Source: an uncultured Spirochaetota bacterium (lineage in GTDB: Bacteria > Spirochaetota > Spirochaetia > SZUA-6 > Fen-1364). Taken from it: DNA of 64,000 bases. The notes below the pieces were generated by a model, which had not been told where the DNA came from, searched no databases, and saw only the letters and a program-made list of their open reading frames with translations. The stretch spans positions 160,001-224,000 of the forward strand of contig CAWJSK010000012.1 in assembly GCA_963845535.1 (NCBI GenBank), given 5' to 3'. Shown piece after piece: positions 19,264-28,946 of the stretch (within the stretch, counting starts at the first letter, position 1; each line of letters opens with the position of its first letter). Made by a program: the position numbers and the translations under genes.

Positions 19264-20019
19264 TCAGCCGGGCTTGGCCGCCCTATGGCAGCCTATCATC
19301 CCCGCCAGGATCGTCTTGCTGGATATGTCGCGGTAGCCCAAAGATGCAAGCACCCGGGAGAGCTCTTCAGCGGAATAGAACATTGACAGCGTGCTGATGA
19401 AGTAGCGCTTGCATTCCAGGGCGGGAGGACCGCTTCGGAAGAGGAAGCCGGTGAACGCGAGCGAAAACCGCAGGTAGGCGAAATAGAGCTTTTCCAGGGT
19501 CTGGTTCCCGGGGCGCAGCATGTCGCAGTGATGAAACCGTCCACCCGGCTTGAGCACGCGGTGGATTTCGGAGAACACGCGGTCCACGCGCAGGTGACGG
19601 GACGCGTATTGCAGCGTGACGATGTCGAAATGGTTGTCGGGATACGGGAGGGCGTGCGCGTCCCCCACGGTCCCGTGGATGGCAAAGCCAAGGGACTGCG
19701 CCCGGGCCCGGCCCACCTCCTGCATTTCGGCGCTCCTGTCGATGGCGTGGACCTCGAGGTTCGGCTCGCGCTTCAGGAGCGCAATGCCCACGGCGTTCGT
19801 GCCGGCGCACACGTCCAGGACCCGCTGCCCGGGGCGCACGTCAATGATGGACATGAAGACTGCCAGGAACCATTTCCACAGGCCGAGGCTGGCAACATTG
19901 TTGGCGCGGTCGTAGTACGGGGCGACGTCGGCAAACACCGCGCCCAGCTGCTGGTTCCACACTGTGCGGAACCGCTCCTCACGCTTTTGCTCCCGAATGG
20001 CAAGAGGTGGCGGACTCAT
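19264..20019 (-). CDS. UbiE/MenG family SAM-dependent methyltransferase
   Basis: FADVAPYYDRAN, VLDVCAGT, LPYPDNHFD, RVLKPGG. Confidence 0.85.
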   Translation of the reverse strand: MSPPPLAIREQKREERFRTVWNQQLGAVFADVAPYYDRANNVASLGLWKWFLAVFMSIIDVRPGQRVLDVCAGTNAVGIALLKREPNLEVHAIDRSAEMQEVGRARAQSLGFAIHGTVGDAHALPYPDNHFDIVTLQYASRHLRVDRVFSEIHRVLKPGGRFHHCDMLRPGNQTLEKLYFAYLRFSLAFTGFLFRSGPPALECKRYFISTLSMFYSAEELSRVLASLGYRDISSKTILAGMIGCHRAAKPG

Positions 20020-20182
20020 ATGACGGCTGACTCCATCACAAGTTAGAATCGAATCAACCTGAAGTCAAGTTGAAGCGGTTCGCCCTGGCGGCGCATTCAT
20101 CGAGCGTGCCACGCCTTGGCACGGACGAGCTGCGCACGTTGTCGTCTGCTCGGTCGCAGTCTATGTTAAGGAGGGAGGAATC

Positions 20183-21181
20183 ATGGAGAAGCATCGACTA
20201 GGGGCCCGGGGGCCCGAAGTATCAGTTGTCGGTCTTGGCTGCATGGCCATGTCCGGCACATATGGTCCCACGGAGGATGCAGAGAGCATCGCCACCATTC
20301 GCGAAGCCATGGAGCGGGGAGTGACACTGCTTGATACCGGGGACTTCTACGGGAAGGGCCACAACGAGCTTCTTTTGAGAGAGGCGCTCAAGAGCGGAAA
20401 AAGGGACCAAGTCTTCCTGCAGGTGAAGTTCGGCGCACAACTGGAGCCTTCGGGCCGCTTCATCGGCTTTGACGGACGCCCGGCTTCCGTCAAGACATTC
20501 CTCACCTATACGCTGACGCGGTTGGGAACGGACTATGTGGACCTTTACCAGCCCGCACGTTTGGATCCCCTCGTACCGATCGAGGAGACGGTCGGCGCCC
20601 TTGCCGACATGGTGAAAGCGGGCTACGTGCGCTTTATCGGGCTATCGGAGATGGGAGCGGCAACGATAAGACGCGCGCACGCCGTTCACCCCATCACCGC
20701 ACTGCAGATCGAGTACTCACTCATGAGCAGGAGCATTGAAAAAGAGATTCTTCCCGCCGTCCGGGAGCTGGGGATAGGCGTGACCGCATACGGTATTCTT
20801 TCGCGCGGGCTTCTCGCGCGCACGGGATCGCCGCAATCAGGGAAAAGTGATATCCGTGGCCGGTTTCCGCGGTTCCAGGGAGAAAACCTCGCGCGAAATC
20901 TCCGCCTGGTCCACGTCCTTGAGACGCTTGCGAAACGGAAAGGGACCACGACGGCGCGGCTGGCCTGCGCATGGGTCCTTTCTCGCGGCGACGACATCAT
21001 CCCGCTCCTCGGGGCAAGAAACAGGCAGCAGTTGCGTGACTCTCTTGGCGCTCTCGACCTCTCCCTCACAATGGCAGACGTGGAAGAGATCGAAAAGGCG
21101 GTCCCTGCCGCGGAAGTTGCCGGGGGACGCTACGATGAGGCAGCCATGTCCAGCTTGGACAGCGAGCGGACGAAGGCATAG
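20183..21181 (+). CDS. Aldo/keto reductase
   Basis: GLGCMAMS, LDTGDFYG, IGLSE, QIEYSL; RBS GGAGG. Confidence 0.93.
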   Translation: MEKHRLGARGPEVSVVGLGCMAMSGTYGPTEDAESIATIREAMERGVTLLDTGDFYGKGHNELLLREALKSGKRDQVFLQVKFGAQLEPSGRFIGFDGRPASVKTFLTYTLTRLGTDYVDLYQPARLDPLVPIEETVGALADMVKAGYVRFIGLSEMGAATIRRAHAVHPITALQIEYSLMSRSIEKEILPAVRELGIGVTAYGILSRGLLARTGSPQSGKSDIRGRFPRFQGENLARNLRLVHVLETLAKRKGTTTARLACAWVLSRGDDIIPLLGARNRQQLRDSLGALDLSLTMADVEEIEKAVPAAEVAGGRYDEAAMSSLDSERTKA

Positions 21182-21208
21182 AAGCACGGCGTCCGGTGCT
21201 CCCGGAAG

Positions 21209-22177
21209 CTACACTTGGAGGAGCACCTTGCCCATGGACATTCGCCCCTCGAGATACTTGTGCGCGCTTGAGGCGTCGGAGAGCCGAAACACCTTATCGA
21301 TCCTCAGCTCGATCTCCTTGCGGCTGATCCACCCCAGGATGTCGCCGGACCGCTGGAGCAGCTCATCACGGGCGGAGACGTAGTTGGCCAAGGTGGGCCT
21401 GGTGAGGAACAGGGAGCCCTTGCGGTTCAACAGGAGCGGATCAAAGGGAGCTACGGGACCGCTGGATTGGCCGAAGAGCACCATCATGCCGCGGGGCCGG
21501 AGGCAGCCTAGGCTTTTTTCGAACGTCGCCTGGCCTACGGAATCATACACCACGTCCACGCCTCGGCCGTTGGTCAGCCGCCTGGCCTCCGCCTCGAAAT
21601 CCGCGCTTGTGTAGATGATCACATCCGATGCTCCGGCCGTGCGTGCCAGTTCCGCCTTTTCCTCAGTGGAAGCTGTCCCAATGACGCGCGCGCCGCGCAG
21701 GCGCGCGATCTGGGTAAGGAGCCTCCCGGTTCCTCCCGCGGCGGCATGGACCAGCGCCGTGTGCCCGGCGCTGAGCGGGAACGCGCTGACCGCCAGATAG
21801 TGGGCAGTCATGCCCTGCAGCATGGCCGCGGCGGCGAGCCGCGTCTCAATGGCGGCAGGGACCTGCACGAGGTACGCCGAGCGGATGACGGCATACTCGG
21901 CGTACGAGCCGCTCTGCATGGCCCATGCCACGCGGTCTCCCACCTTGACCTCGGTGACCCCGCTGCCAACAGCGTCCACCACACCGGCTCCTTCATCCCC
22001 GAGGATCCGCGGGAGCTGTCCCTTGTACAGCCCTTTTCGGCCATAAATGTCGATGAAGTTCACCCCGGCGTACTCCAGGCGGACACGCGCTTCGCCAAGA
22101 CCGGGCTTGGGCGTCTCCACCTCTTCCAGGCGCAGGACATCCGGGCCGCCGTTCTCTCTCATGAGCACTGCTTTCAT
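21209..22177 (-). CDS. NADPH:quinone oxidoreductase (zeta-crystallin/Qor family)
   Basis: [33 protein letters not shown]. Confidence 0.92.
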   Translation of the reverse strand: MKAVLMRENGGPDVLRLEEVETPKPGLGEARVRLEYAGVNFIDIYGRKGLYKGQLPRILGDEGAGVVDAVGSGVTEVKVGDRVAWAMQSGSYAEYAVIRSAYLVQVPAAIETRLAAAAMLQGMTAHYLAVSAFPLSAGHTALVHAAAGGTGRLLTQIARLRGARVIGTASTEEKAELARTAGASDVIIYTSADFEAEARRLTNGRGVDVVYDSVGQATFEKSLGCLRPRGMMVLFGQSSGPVAPFDPLLLNRKGSLFLTRPTLANYVSARDELLQRSGDILGWISRKEIELRIDKVFRLSDASSAHKYLEGRMSMGKVLLQV

Positions 22178-22226
22178 GACGACCTCCCTTTTCCGTATGG
22201 CACTTTCCTGAAACCTACCATACAAC

Positions 22227-22330
22227 ACAACCGCCGGCGTCGGCCATTGCAACCCCGCTCCCATTCAACCGCGGCGTCGGCCATTACAACCGGCGGCGTC
22301 GGCTATCAGAACCGGCGGTCCCGGCTATTC
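22227..22330. repeat. Degenerate tandem repeat, five units of 17-23 bp
   Basis: ACAACCGCCGGCGTCGGCCATT / GCAACCCCGCTCCCATT / CAACCGCGGCGTCGGCCATT / ACAACCGGCGGCGTCGGCTATC / AGAACCGGCGGTCCCGGCTATTC. Confidence 0.8.
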
Positions 22331-22362
22331 TCCCACGGCTTCCAAGCGTGCTATAAGGAGCC

Positions 22363-23271
22363 ATGCGTCGCACTGGAAGGGCTGACCTCATCACGGCCCT
22401 CACAATCTCCCTTGTGCTCTGGGCGTCCGCGTTCGCGGGGATCCGCTTGGGGCTGCGTGGGTTCGGTCCGGGACAGCTTGCGCTCCTTCGGTTCAGCATT
22501 GCGTCTTTGTCCCTGCTCGTCTACGCGCTCGTCACACGGCTTCCCCTGCCTGCGCTGAGGGACCTTCCCATGCTCTTCCTCATGGGCTTCCTGGGGTTCA
22601 CGGTCTACCACGTCGGCCTCAACGCGGGGGAAGTTGCCGTTCCCGCGGGCGCGGCAAGCTTCATCATTGCCTCCGTGCCGGTCTTCTCCACGCTTTTGGC
22701 CGTCATCTTCCTCCGGGAGCGGCTGACAGCCATAGGCTGGACCGGTGTCGCCATCAGTTTCCTCGGTGTGGCCGTGATTTCCGTCGGCACCGGCACGGGG
22801 TTGAAGTTCGAGCCCGCGGCGCTTTTCATCGTCCTTGCCGCCGTCGGCGAAAGCCTCTACTTCGTCATCCAGAAGCCGTTTCTTTCGCGCTATACGGGGC
22901 TCCAGCTCACGACGTACACCATCTGGACCGGCACGGTGTTCATGCTGGTGTATCTGCCGGGTCTCATCAGCCAACTGGGCCACGCGCCACTGGCATCCAC
23001 ACTGGCCGTGGCGTATCTGGGGATTTTCCCCGCGGCCATCGGGTACGTGCTGTGGTCTTTCGCGCTCTCACGGGCGGACGTCTCCCGGGTGACCAGCACC
23101 CTGAACCTTTCTCCCATCCTTTCCCTCGTCATTGCGTTCCTGGTTCTCGGTGAAGTGCCGACCGTTCTTTCCTTGGTCGGCGGCCTCATCACGGTTGCAG
23201 GCGTCATTCTTCTGAACACGCTCGGCAAGACAAAACAGCCCTCCGTCCCGCGCAGGGCGCATAGCGAGTGA
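22363..23271 (+). CDS. DMT/EamA family transporter
   Basis: Ten-TM duplicated EamA pattern; LWASAF, FLRERL, LGEVP. Confidence 0.9.
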   Translation: MRRTGRADLITALTISLVLWASAFAGIRLGLRGFGPGQLALLRFSIASLSLLVYALVTRLPLPALRDLPMLFLMGFLGFTVYHVGLNAGEVAVPAGAASFIIASVPVFSTLLAVIFLRERLTAIGWTGVAISFLGVAVISVGTGTGLKFEPAALFIVLAAVGESLYFVIQKPFLSRYTGLQLTTYTIWTGTVFMLVYLPGLISQLGHAPLASTLAVAYLGIFPAAIGYVLWSFALSRADVSRVTSTLNLSPILSLVIAFLVLGEVPTVLSLVGGLITVAGVILLNTLGKTKQPSVPRRAHSE

Positions 23272-26231
23272 AAACCGCGGCGGCGCACGGCTCATCCGTC
23301 ACGCTTCGCCAGGCGCTCCAGTACCAGCCGGTGGAGCTCGAGTTCGGAACGAGCGGCCTGCGCGGGCTCGTGAAGGACATCACCGACCTCGAAGCGTACG
23401 TCGCCACGCGGGCATTCCTGCAGTTTCTCCGGGAAGCGGGGGATGCCCGGGCGGGCGGGAACGTGTTCATTGCCGGGGACCTGCGCCCCAGCACCGGAAC
23501 CATCATGGTCCCGGTCTGCAGGGCTGCCGCGGATGCAGGCTTCTCCGCTGTCCTGCTGGGCCGCATTCCCTCCCCAGCCCTCCTGCTCTACGCAATCAAG
23601 CGCGGGTGCCCGAGCATCATGGTCACCGGCAGTCACATCCCCTTCGACCGCAACGGCATCAAGCTGAACAGAAAAGGCGGCGAGGTCCGAAAGGCGGATG
23701 AGCAACCCATACGCGCCGCGCAGAAACGCCTCCGCGAGGCGGAGTACGGCAGGCCCCTGGCGAAGAGCATGTTTGATGAACGCGGGGCGCTTCGGGCGGC
23801 ATTTCGAAGCGCCCTGCCCGCGGAGGTTCCAGAAGCGGCATCAGAGTACCTCCGGCGCTACGCGGAGGCCTTCCCGCGCGGCGCGTTGAACGGAAAGAGA
23901 GTCCTCGTGTACCAGCATTCCGCGGTGGGCCGGGATCTCCTTGTCCAGGCGCTGGAGAACCTCGGAGCCATCGTGGTATCCGCCGGGCGAAGCGAGACGT
24001 TCGTTCCCGTGGACACGGAGGCGGTGAACGAGGAGATGCTCCGCCAGATTCAGGACCTCGTGGATGCCAACGGCGGCGCTCCGCTTGACGCGGTGGTCTC
24101 CACGGATGGGGACAGCGACAGGCCGTTGGTGCTCGGTGTTGACGGCGGGAAGGTCAGCTTCTACCCCGGGGACATCCTGGGCATCGTGACCGCGGACTTC
24201 GTTGGCGCGCGGGAGATTGCGGTGCCCATCAGCGTCAACGACGCGGTGGACGCTCATTTTGCCCGCCGAGGGATCAAAGCGGTGAAGACGCGCATCGGGT
24301 CGCCATATGTGATCGATGCAATGAAGCAGGTGGGCTGGGAGGCGAACGGCGGGTTCTTGACCGCCGCGCCCGTTGCCGTTCCCGGGGGCGGAACGCTTGA
24401 CGCCCTTCCCACGCGGGACGCTCTGCTTCCCATCCTTTCGGCGCTGTGCGCCTCCCTGGGCAGGGGGGAAACTCTCACGGCGCTTTTTTCGCGGTTGCCG
24501 CCGCGCTTTGGAAAATCGGGCCTGCTGCGGGATTTCCCCCGTGACAAGGCGCTGAAAATCATGAGGCGCTTCTCCGTTACTGATCCCTCCGTTTTCGAAG
24601 CCCGGCGGGGTCCGTCCGGGCAGTGGTCGGTCCTTCGCGCGGATTCAACCGCGGACAACCTTGGAGAATCAGATCCACTCGCGCGCTCCCTTCGGGAGAT
24701 CTGCGGGGACCTGAGCGCGTTCTTCACGCCAGGGGATGGCTTCGGCTACGTAGCGTGGATCAACTGGCAGGACGGCGTACGGGTCGGGTTTGAAAGCGGA
24801 GATGTCGCGCATATCAGACCTTCGGGGAATGCCCCCGAGCTGCGCATGTACGCCAACGCGGGAACACCGCGGAGGGCTGAGGCAATCGTAAGGCTTGGAA
24901 CATCGGACAGCGGAATTCTGAGACGCCTTGCCGCTGCCGTGGATGAGCGCCAGGCAATCGACCTGTTCCGTGCCGCTCCCCGGGCAGTGCTGCTCGAATG
25001 CCCAGTACAGCACTATGCATGGGGAGGTTATGATTTCATTCCGTCGCTCCTCGGCAAGGGAAACCCCGGGCGGGTCCCCTACGCCGAGCTGTGGATCGGC
25101 GCGCATCCCCTTGCTCCGTCGAGCGCAACCGTTGACGGCGCCAAGGTCCGCCTGGATCAGCTTCTGTCGGGCGCGCCGGAAGCTCTGGGTGACCGGGATG
25201 CCGCACGTTTCAGGGGCAGGCTTCCCTTCCTGATGAAGGTGCTGGACGCCCGAACCATGCTCTCCATCCAGGCGCATCCCTCACGCGAACAGGCGGCGGC
25301 CGGGTTCGCGCGTGAGAACGCCGCCGGAGTTCCGCTCCAGGCGCCCGAGCGGCTCTACAAGGACGACAACCACAAGCCCGAGGCGCACGTGGCGCTCACC
25401 GAGTTCTGGATGCTGCACGGCTTCCGCCCGCTGGAGGAGATCGGGATGATCCTTGAAGGCATCCCCGAGCTCGGCGCCGCCATGCCTGATTTCACCACAC
25501 GGCTTCGCTCAGCGGGGCGGCAGCCCGAAGAGCGGGAACGGCTCCTGCGGGAGCTCTATTCCGCCGTGATGACCATGGCGCAGGATCGAGTGGATGATCT
25601 TCTTTCACCGCTTCTCAGCCGGCTCACCGCGCGGGATGGCACACGGACCATGGACAAGGACACCCCTGATTTCTGGGCGATGCGCGCAGCGCGCGAGCTG
25701 CCTCTCCCCGGCGGTCACAGGGACCGGGGGATCTTTTCGATCTATCTGCTCAACCTTCTCCATCTGCACCCGGGCCAGGGTACATACCAGCCCGCCGGCA
25801 CTCTTCATGCGTACCTGGAGGGCACGAACATCGAGGTGATGGCGAGCTCGGACAACGTGCTGCGCGGCGGGCTCACCCCCAAGAGCGTGGAGGTGGGGGA
25901 GCTGCTTCGGACCGTCTCCTATGCGGACGGGCGGCCGCCCGTGTTGACGGGCCGGGAGATCTCCCCGGGAGTGCGCGCCTATGAGACCGCGGCGGAGGAG
26001 TTCGTCCTGGATCGCATTGACCTTGCGGCCAACGCCCCTCTGCGTGTCGGCGCGGAACACGGGGTGGAATGCTTCATCACCGTGGAAGGGTCCGCCCGCC
26101 TGGGATGTGCCCGGCGGGAGCTCACGATGGATCGGGGCACTGCGGCCATGGTCCCCGCGGGGACTCCCTACGATGTTCGAGCCACGGCCGCCGGCGCGCT
26201 GCTTTTCAGGTCCAGGATACCGGGCGCTTAG
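23268..26231 (+). CDS. Phosphomannomutase / class I mannose-6-phosphate isomerase fusion (ManB-ManA)
   Basis: N-half FGTSGLRG, TGSHIP, DGDSDR, RPSGNAPELR; C-half QHYAWG, AELWIGAHP, LSIQAHP, DDNHKPE, LHAYLEG, SDNVLRGGLTPK. Confidence 0.9.
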   Translation: MKTAAAHGSSVTLRQALQYQPVELEFGTSGLRGLVKDITDLEAYVATRAFLQFLREAGDARAGGNVFIAGDLRPSTGTIMVPVCRAAADAGFSAVLLGRIPSPALLLYAIKRGCPSIMVTGSHIPFDRNGIKLNRKGGEVRKADEQPIRAAQKRLREAEYGRPLAKSMFDERGALRAAFRSALPAEVPEAASEYLRRYAEAFPRGALNGKRVLVYQHSAVGRDLLVQALENLGAIVVSAGRSETFVPVDTEAVNEEMLRQIQDLVDANGGAPLDAVVSTDGDSDRPLVLGVDGGKVSFYPGDILGIVTADFVGAREIAVPISVNDAVDAHFARRGIKAVKTRIGSPYVIDAMKQVGWEANGGFLTAAPVAVPGGGTLDALPTRDALLPILSALCASLGRGETLTALFSRLPPRFGKSGLLRDFPRDKALKIMRRFSVTDPSVFEARRGPSGQWSVLRADSTADNLGESDPLARSLREICGDLSAFFTPGDGFGYVAWINWQDGVRVGFESGDVAHIRPSGNAPELRMYANAGTPRRAEAIVRLGTSDSGILRRLAAAVDERQAIDLFRAAPRAVLLECPVQHYAWGGYDFIPSLLGKGNPGRVPYAELWIGAHPLAPSSATVDGAKVRLDQLLSGAPEALGDRDAARFRGRLPFLMKVLDARTMLSIQAHPSREQAAAGFARENAAGVPLQAPERLYKDDNHKPEAHVALTEFWMLHGFRPLEEIGMILEGIPELGAAMPDFTTRLRSAGRQPEERERLLRELYSAVMTMAQDRVDDLLSPLLSRLTARDGTRTMDKDTPDFWAMRAARELPLPGGHRDRGIFSIYLLNLLHLHPGQGTYQPAGTLHAYLEGTNIEVMASSDNVLRGGLTPKSVEVGELLRTVSYADGRPPVLTGREISPGVRAYETAAEEFVLDRIDLAANAPLRVGAEHGVECFITVEGSARLGCARRELTMDRGTAAMVPAGTPYDVRATAAGALLFRSRIPGA

Positions 26232-26277
26232 CCGGCGCGCGCCGCGCTGGCGAGGCCTCCCGCGGAGCGCCGGCTCC

Positions 26278-27374
26278 TCACACGAACCTGCCGCCGAACT
26301 TCTCCGCCACCAAGCCCTGGAGCTTCTTGATCTCCTCAGCCTTGTCCCGACGGCACACGAGAGTTGCGTCCGGTGTGTGGATCACAACGAGGTCCTCACA
26401 GCCGAGGACCGCAACGAGGTGCAGAGGGTCGCTTGAGGCCACGATCGTTCCCCGCGTGTCCAGGAGGAGGCTCGTTTCAGCGGCCCGCCGATTCCCCGCT
26501 TCATCCGCGCCGCAGGTCTCCGCGAAGGCAGGCCACGAGCCCACGTCCAGCCACGAGAGGTCCATGGGGATGGCGGCCACCCTCACCTGCGGGTCACGGG
26601 AGGCTTTCTCCATGACGGCAAAGTCCACGCTGATCTTGCGAAGCAAAGGGTAGGCAGCCCCGATCACCGCGGAGAATTGCGCCGTCCCCCAGGCATCCGC
26701 AATCCGGGAAAGGACGGCGGAGGTCTCCGGCTCATAGCGGCGGATGCAGTCCAGGAAGACGGAAGCTTTCCATACGAACATCCCACTGTTCCACAGGAAC
26801 CGCGACGGCCCCGACGCCACCCACTGCTCCGCGGTGGCCTTGTCAGGCTTCTCGCGGAACTGCTCCACAATCCTGGCGCTTCCGCCGAGCCGCGTTCCCA
26901 GGCTGAGGTAGCCGTAGCTCGTTGCTGCGCGCCGCGGGGTCACCCCGAAAGTGACAAGGACATTCTTCTCCTGCTCCGCCAGCTCGTACCCGCTCTCCAC
27001 GACCTCCCGGAACCTGCCCGCCGGCTCGATGATGTGGTCAGCCGTGAAAACCCCGATGGTGGCGTCAGGGTCCGCGCGCGCGACAACCGCGGCAGCGTAC
27101 CCGAGCGCGGCAAGGGTGTCCCGGCCCGTTGGTTCCCCGAGGAACTGCCCGGGGCCCAGGCCGCCAGGATCCTTCGCGATGAGGTTCGCGCTGGTTGTCC
27201 GCCGCGCACACGAGCCGCCGACGCGGTTCGACCAATCCTTCCAGGCGCTCCCAGGAATGCCGCAGGAGGCTCTTCCCGCCAATGAAAGGCAGAAGTTGCT
27301 TTGGCAGGGAATGCCCTGCTCATGGGCCACAGCCGGGTGCCTGAGCCTCCGGCAAGGATCACCGCGTAGCGCAT
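26278..27374 (-). CDS. manC: Mannose-1-phosphate guanylyltransferase with several indels at about 27160-27320
   Basis: MRYAVILAGGSGTRLWPMSR start; EPTGRDT, ADH, FREKPD, WNSGMF, ISVDFAVME, WLDVGSW. Confidence 0.8.
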
Positions 27375-27427
27375 CTCTCACCTCGCTGACTGTCACCCAC
27401 CATACAACGAGACGAAGACGGCGTTCC

Positions 27428-27731
27428 ATGGGCTGGAGACGTTCGTTTGTCTCACGGGAGATACTGGAACGCATGCAGTCACGAGTCGCAGCAGGTCAGG
27501 AAAGGATCGACAATAAAATCTTTCAGGAAATGCTGCAGCGGGCAACCGACGGCGTCGTCTCCCTGGGAAACGCGAAGCCCGGGGACAAGACGTGGACGCT
27601 TTGGCGCCGGCGCTCGAATCGTACGCAGCAGCCTGCGCCGCGGGAGCCGATTTCCCCACCGCCCCGGCGGCAATGGCCGCGGCTGCGGAGAGAGGCAAGG
27701 AATCCACCCGAGCCATGGGGCGCTCCATGAC
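27428..27731 (+). pseudogene. DAK2 (dihydroxyacetone kinase L subunit) domain fragment, frameshifted
   Basis: GVVSLGNAKPGDKT followed in other frames by DALAPALE and AAAAERGKEST; incomplete at both ends. Confidence 0.55.
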
Positions 27732-27739
27732 CACTCTTC

Positions 27740-28894
27740 TCAACGCGCTGGCGTGAGCACCCGCCTCCCCTCCATGAAAGGCGTCGGCGTCGCCTGCGGC
27801 AAAAGCGTGAGGACTCCGTTCCTCCAGTAACACGGCGTCTGCGAGGCGGACGTCTCGGTGTCCCCCACGATGTAGACGTTCCCGCTCGTATCTACCGCGG
27901 CGCCGTTCGTGTAGCCGTATGATTGGGCTCCTGCGCCCGTGGGCAAGAGTGCGAGCGTCCCATTCCGCCAGTAGCACGGAAGAAGGGTCGTGTTGGAGGC
28001 GCCAACGGCACCGGCAATCGACACGTTCCCAGAGGTGTCGACTGCCACGCCGTTCGCCCACCCAACCGTGTTTCCCGTCCCGACGGAGAGTATCGTCAGA
28101 CTGCCGTTCTCCCAATAGCATGGCTCCACGGCAGCGCTCGACGTTCCGACCACCCCGGCGAGGAATACGTCCCCTGCGGCGTCGATTGCAATGCTCGTCA
28201 CCAATCCGTACGAGTTTCCCGTGCTAAGGGTGGGAAGGTTCAGAGCGCCGTTCACCCAACAGGCAGGCAGCAGCGAGGATCCTGAGGGGCCTACAGCGCC
28301 GGCGACATACACGTTTCCTTTTGCATCGAGGGATACGGCGAAACCCTGCCCATACGAGTTTCCCGTCCCCAGCGGAAGCAGGGTGAGAGCGCCATTCGTC
28401 CAGAGGGATGCGGATAGGGAAGAGGTCGAAGACCCGACGCCTCCGGTGGCGTAGAGGGTCTGCCCGCTTGCGAGGATTCCCGAGGCCACGCCGGCGGCGC
28501 TCGTGCCTGTGGTCAGGTATGAGAGCGCCCCGTTCTCCCAGCAGCAGGGAACAAGCAAGTCCGTCGTCGACCCTACTGCCCCCGCGATGAAGAAATTGCC
28601 GGATGTGTCGACAGTGCTCCACCCTATGGCGAAGGCATAATTGCCCTGGCCTACCGGCAGCGTTGTGACAAGTGATCCATTTTCCCAGTAGCAGGGCAAC
28701 TGCGAGCTGGTGGTGCCCGTCACCCCGCCGATCAGCACGTTGCCGGAAGTATCAAAGGCGATATCCACGGCGTCCCCAAGAGAGGGGGCTCCCAACCCGG
28801 GGGAATAATTCGAGGGTTGGTAGCAGCCGTCCATCAGGACCGGTATCAGGACGCAAATAATGCTTATGGGCAAGAATGCCCTTGAGACCTTCAT
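27740..28894 (-). CDS. Putative lipoprotein with seven internal repeats (beta-propeller-like)
   Basis: Signal peptide ending LMDGC; seven G(N/D)VxxAG...PCYWxNG repeats of about 50 aa. Confidence 0.75.
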   Translation of the reverse strand: MKVSRAFLPISIICVLIPVLMDGCYQPSNYSPGLGAPSLGDAVDIAFDTSGNVLIGGVTGTTSSQLPCYWENGSLVTTLPVGQGNYAFAIGWSTVDTSGNFFIAGAVGSTTDLLVPCCWENGALSYLTTGTSAAGVASGILASGQTLYATGGVGSSTSSLSASLWTNGALTLLPLGTGNSYGQGFAVSLDAKGNVYVAGAVGPSGSSLLPACWVNGALNLPTLSTGNSYGLVTSIAIDAAGDVFLAGVVGTSSAAVEPCYWENGSLTILSVGTGNTVGWANGVAVDTSGNVSIAGAVGASNTTLLPCYWRNGTLALLPTGAGAQSYGYTNGAAVDTSGNVYIVGDTETSASQTPCYWRNGVLTLLPQATPTPFMEGRRVLTPAR

Positions 28895-28946
28895 AGAGTC
28901 ACCCGCTCACTATACCCGCGGGGGCGTCATTCCGTTTTGAAAATTG

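Noticed and set aside
22227..22330. Possible mini-CRISPR array
   Set aside because: Units abut without unique spacers, are degenerate, and no cas genes are present
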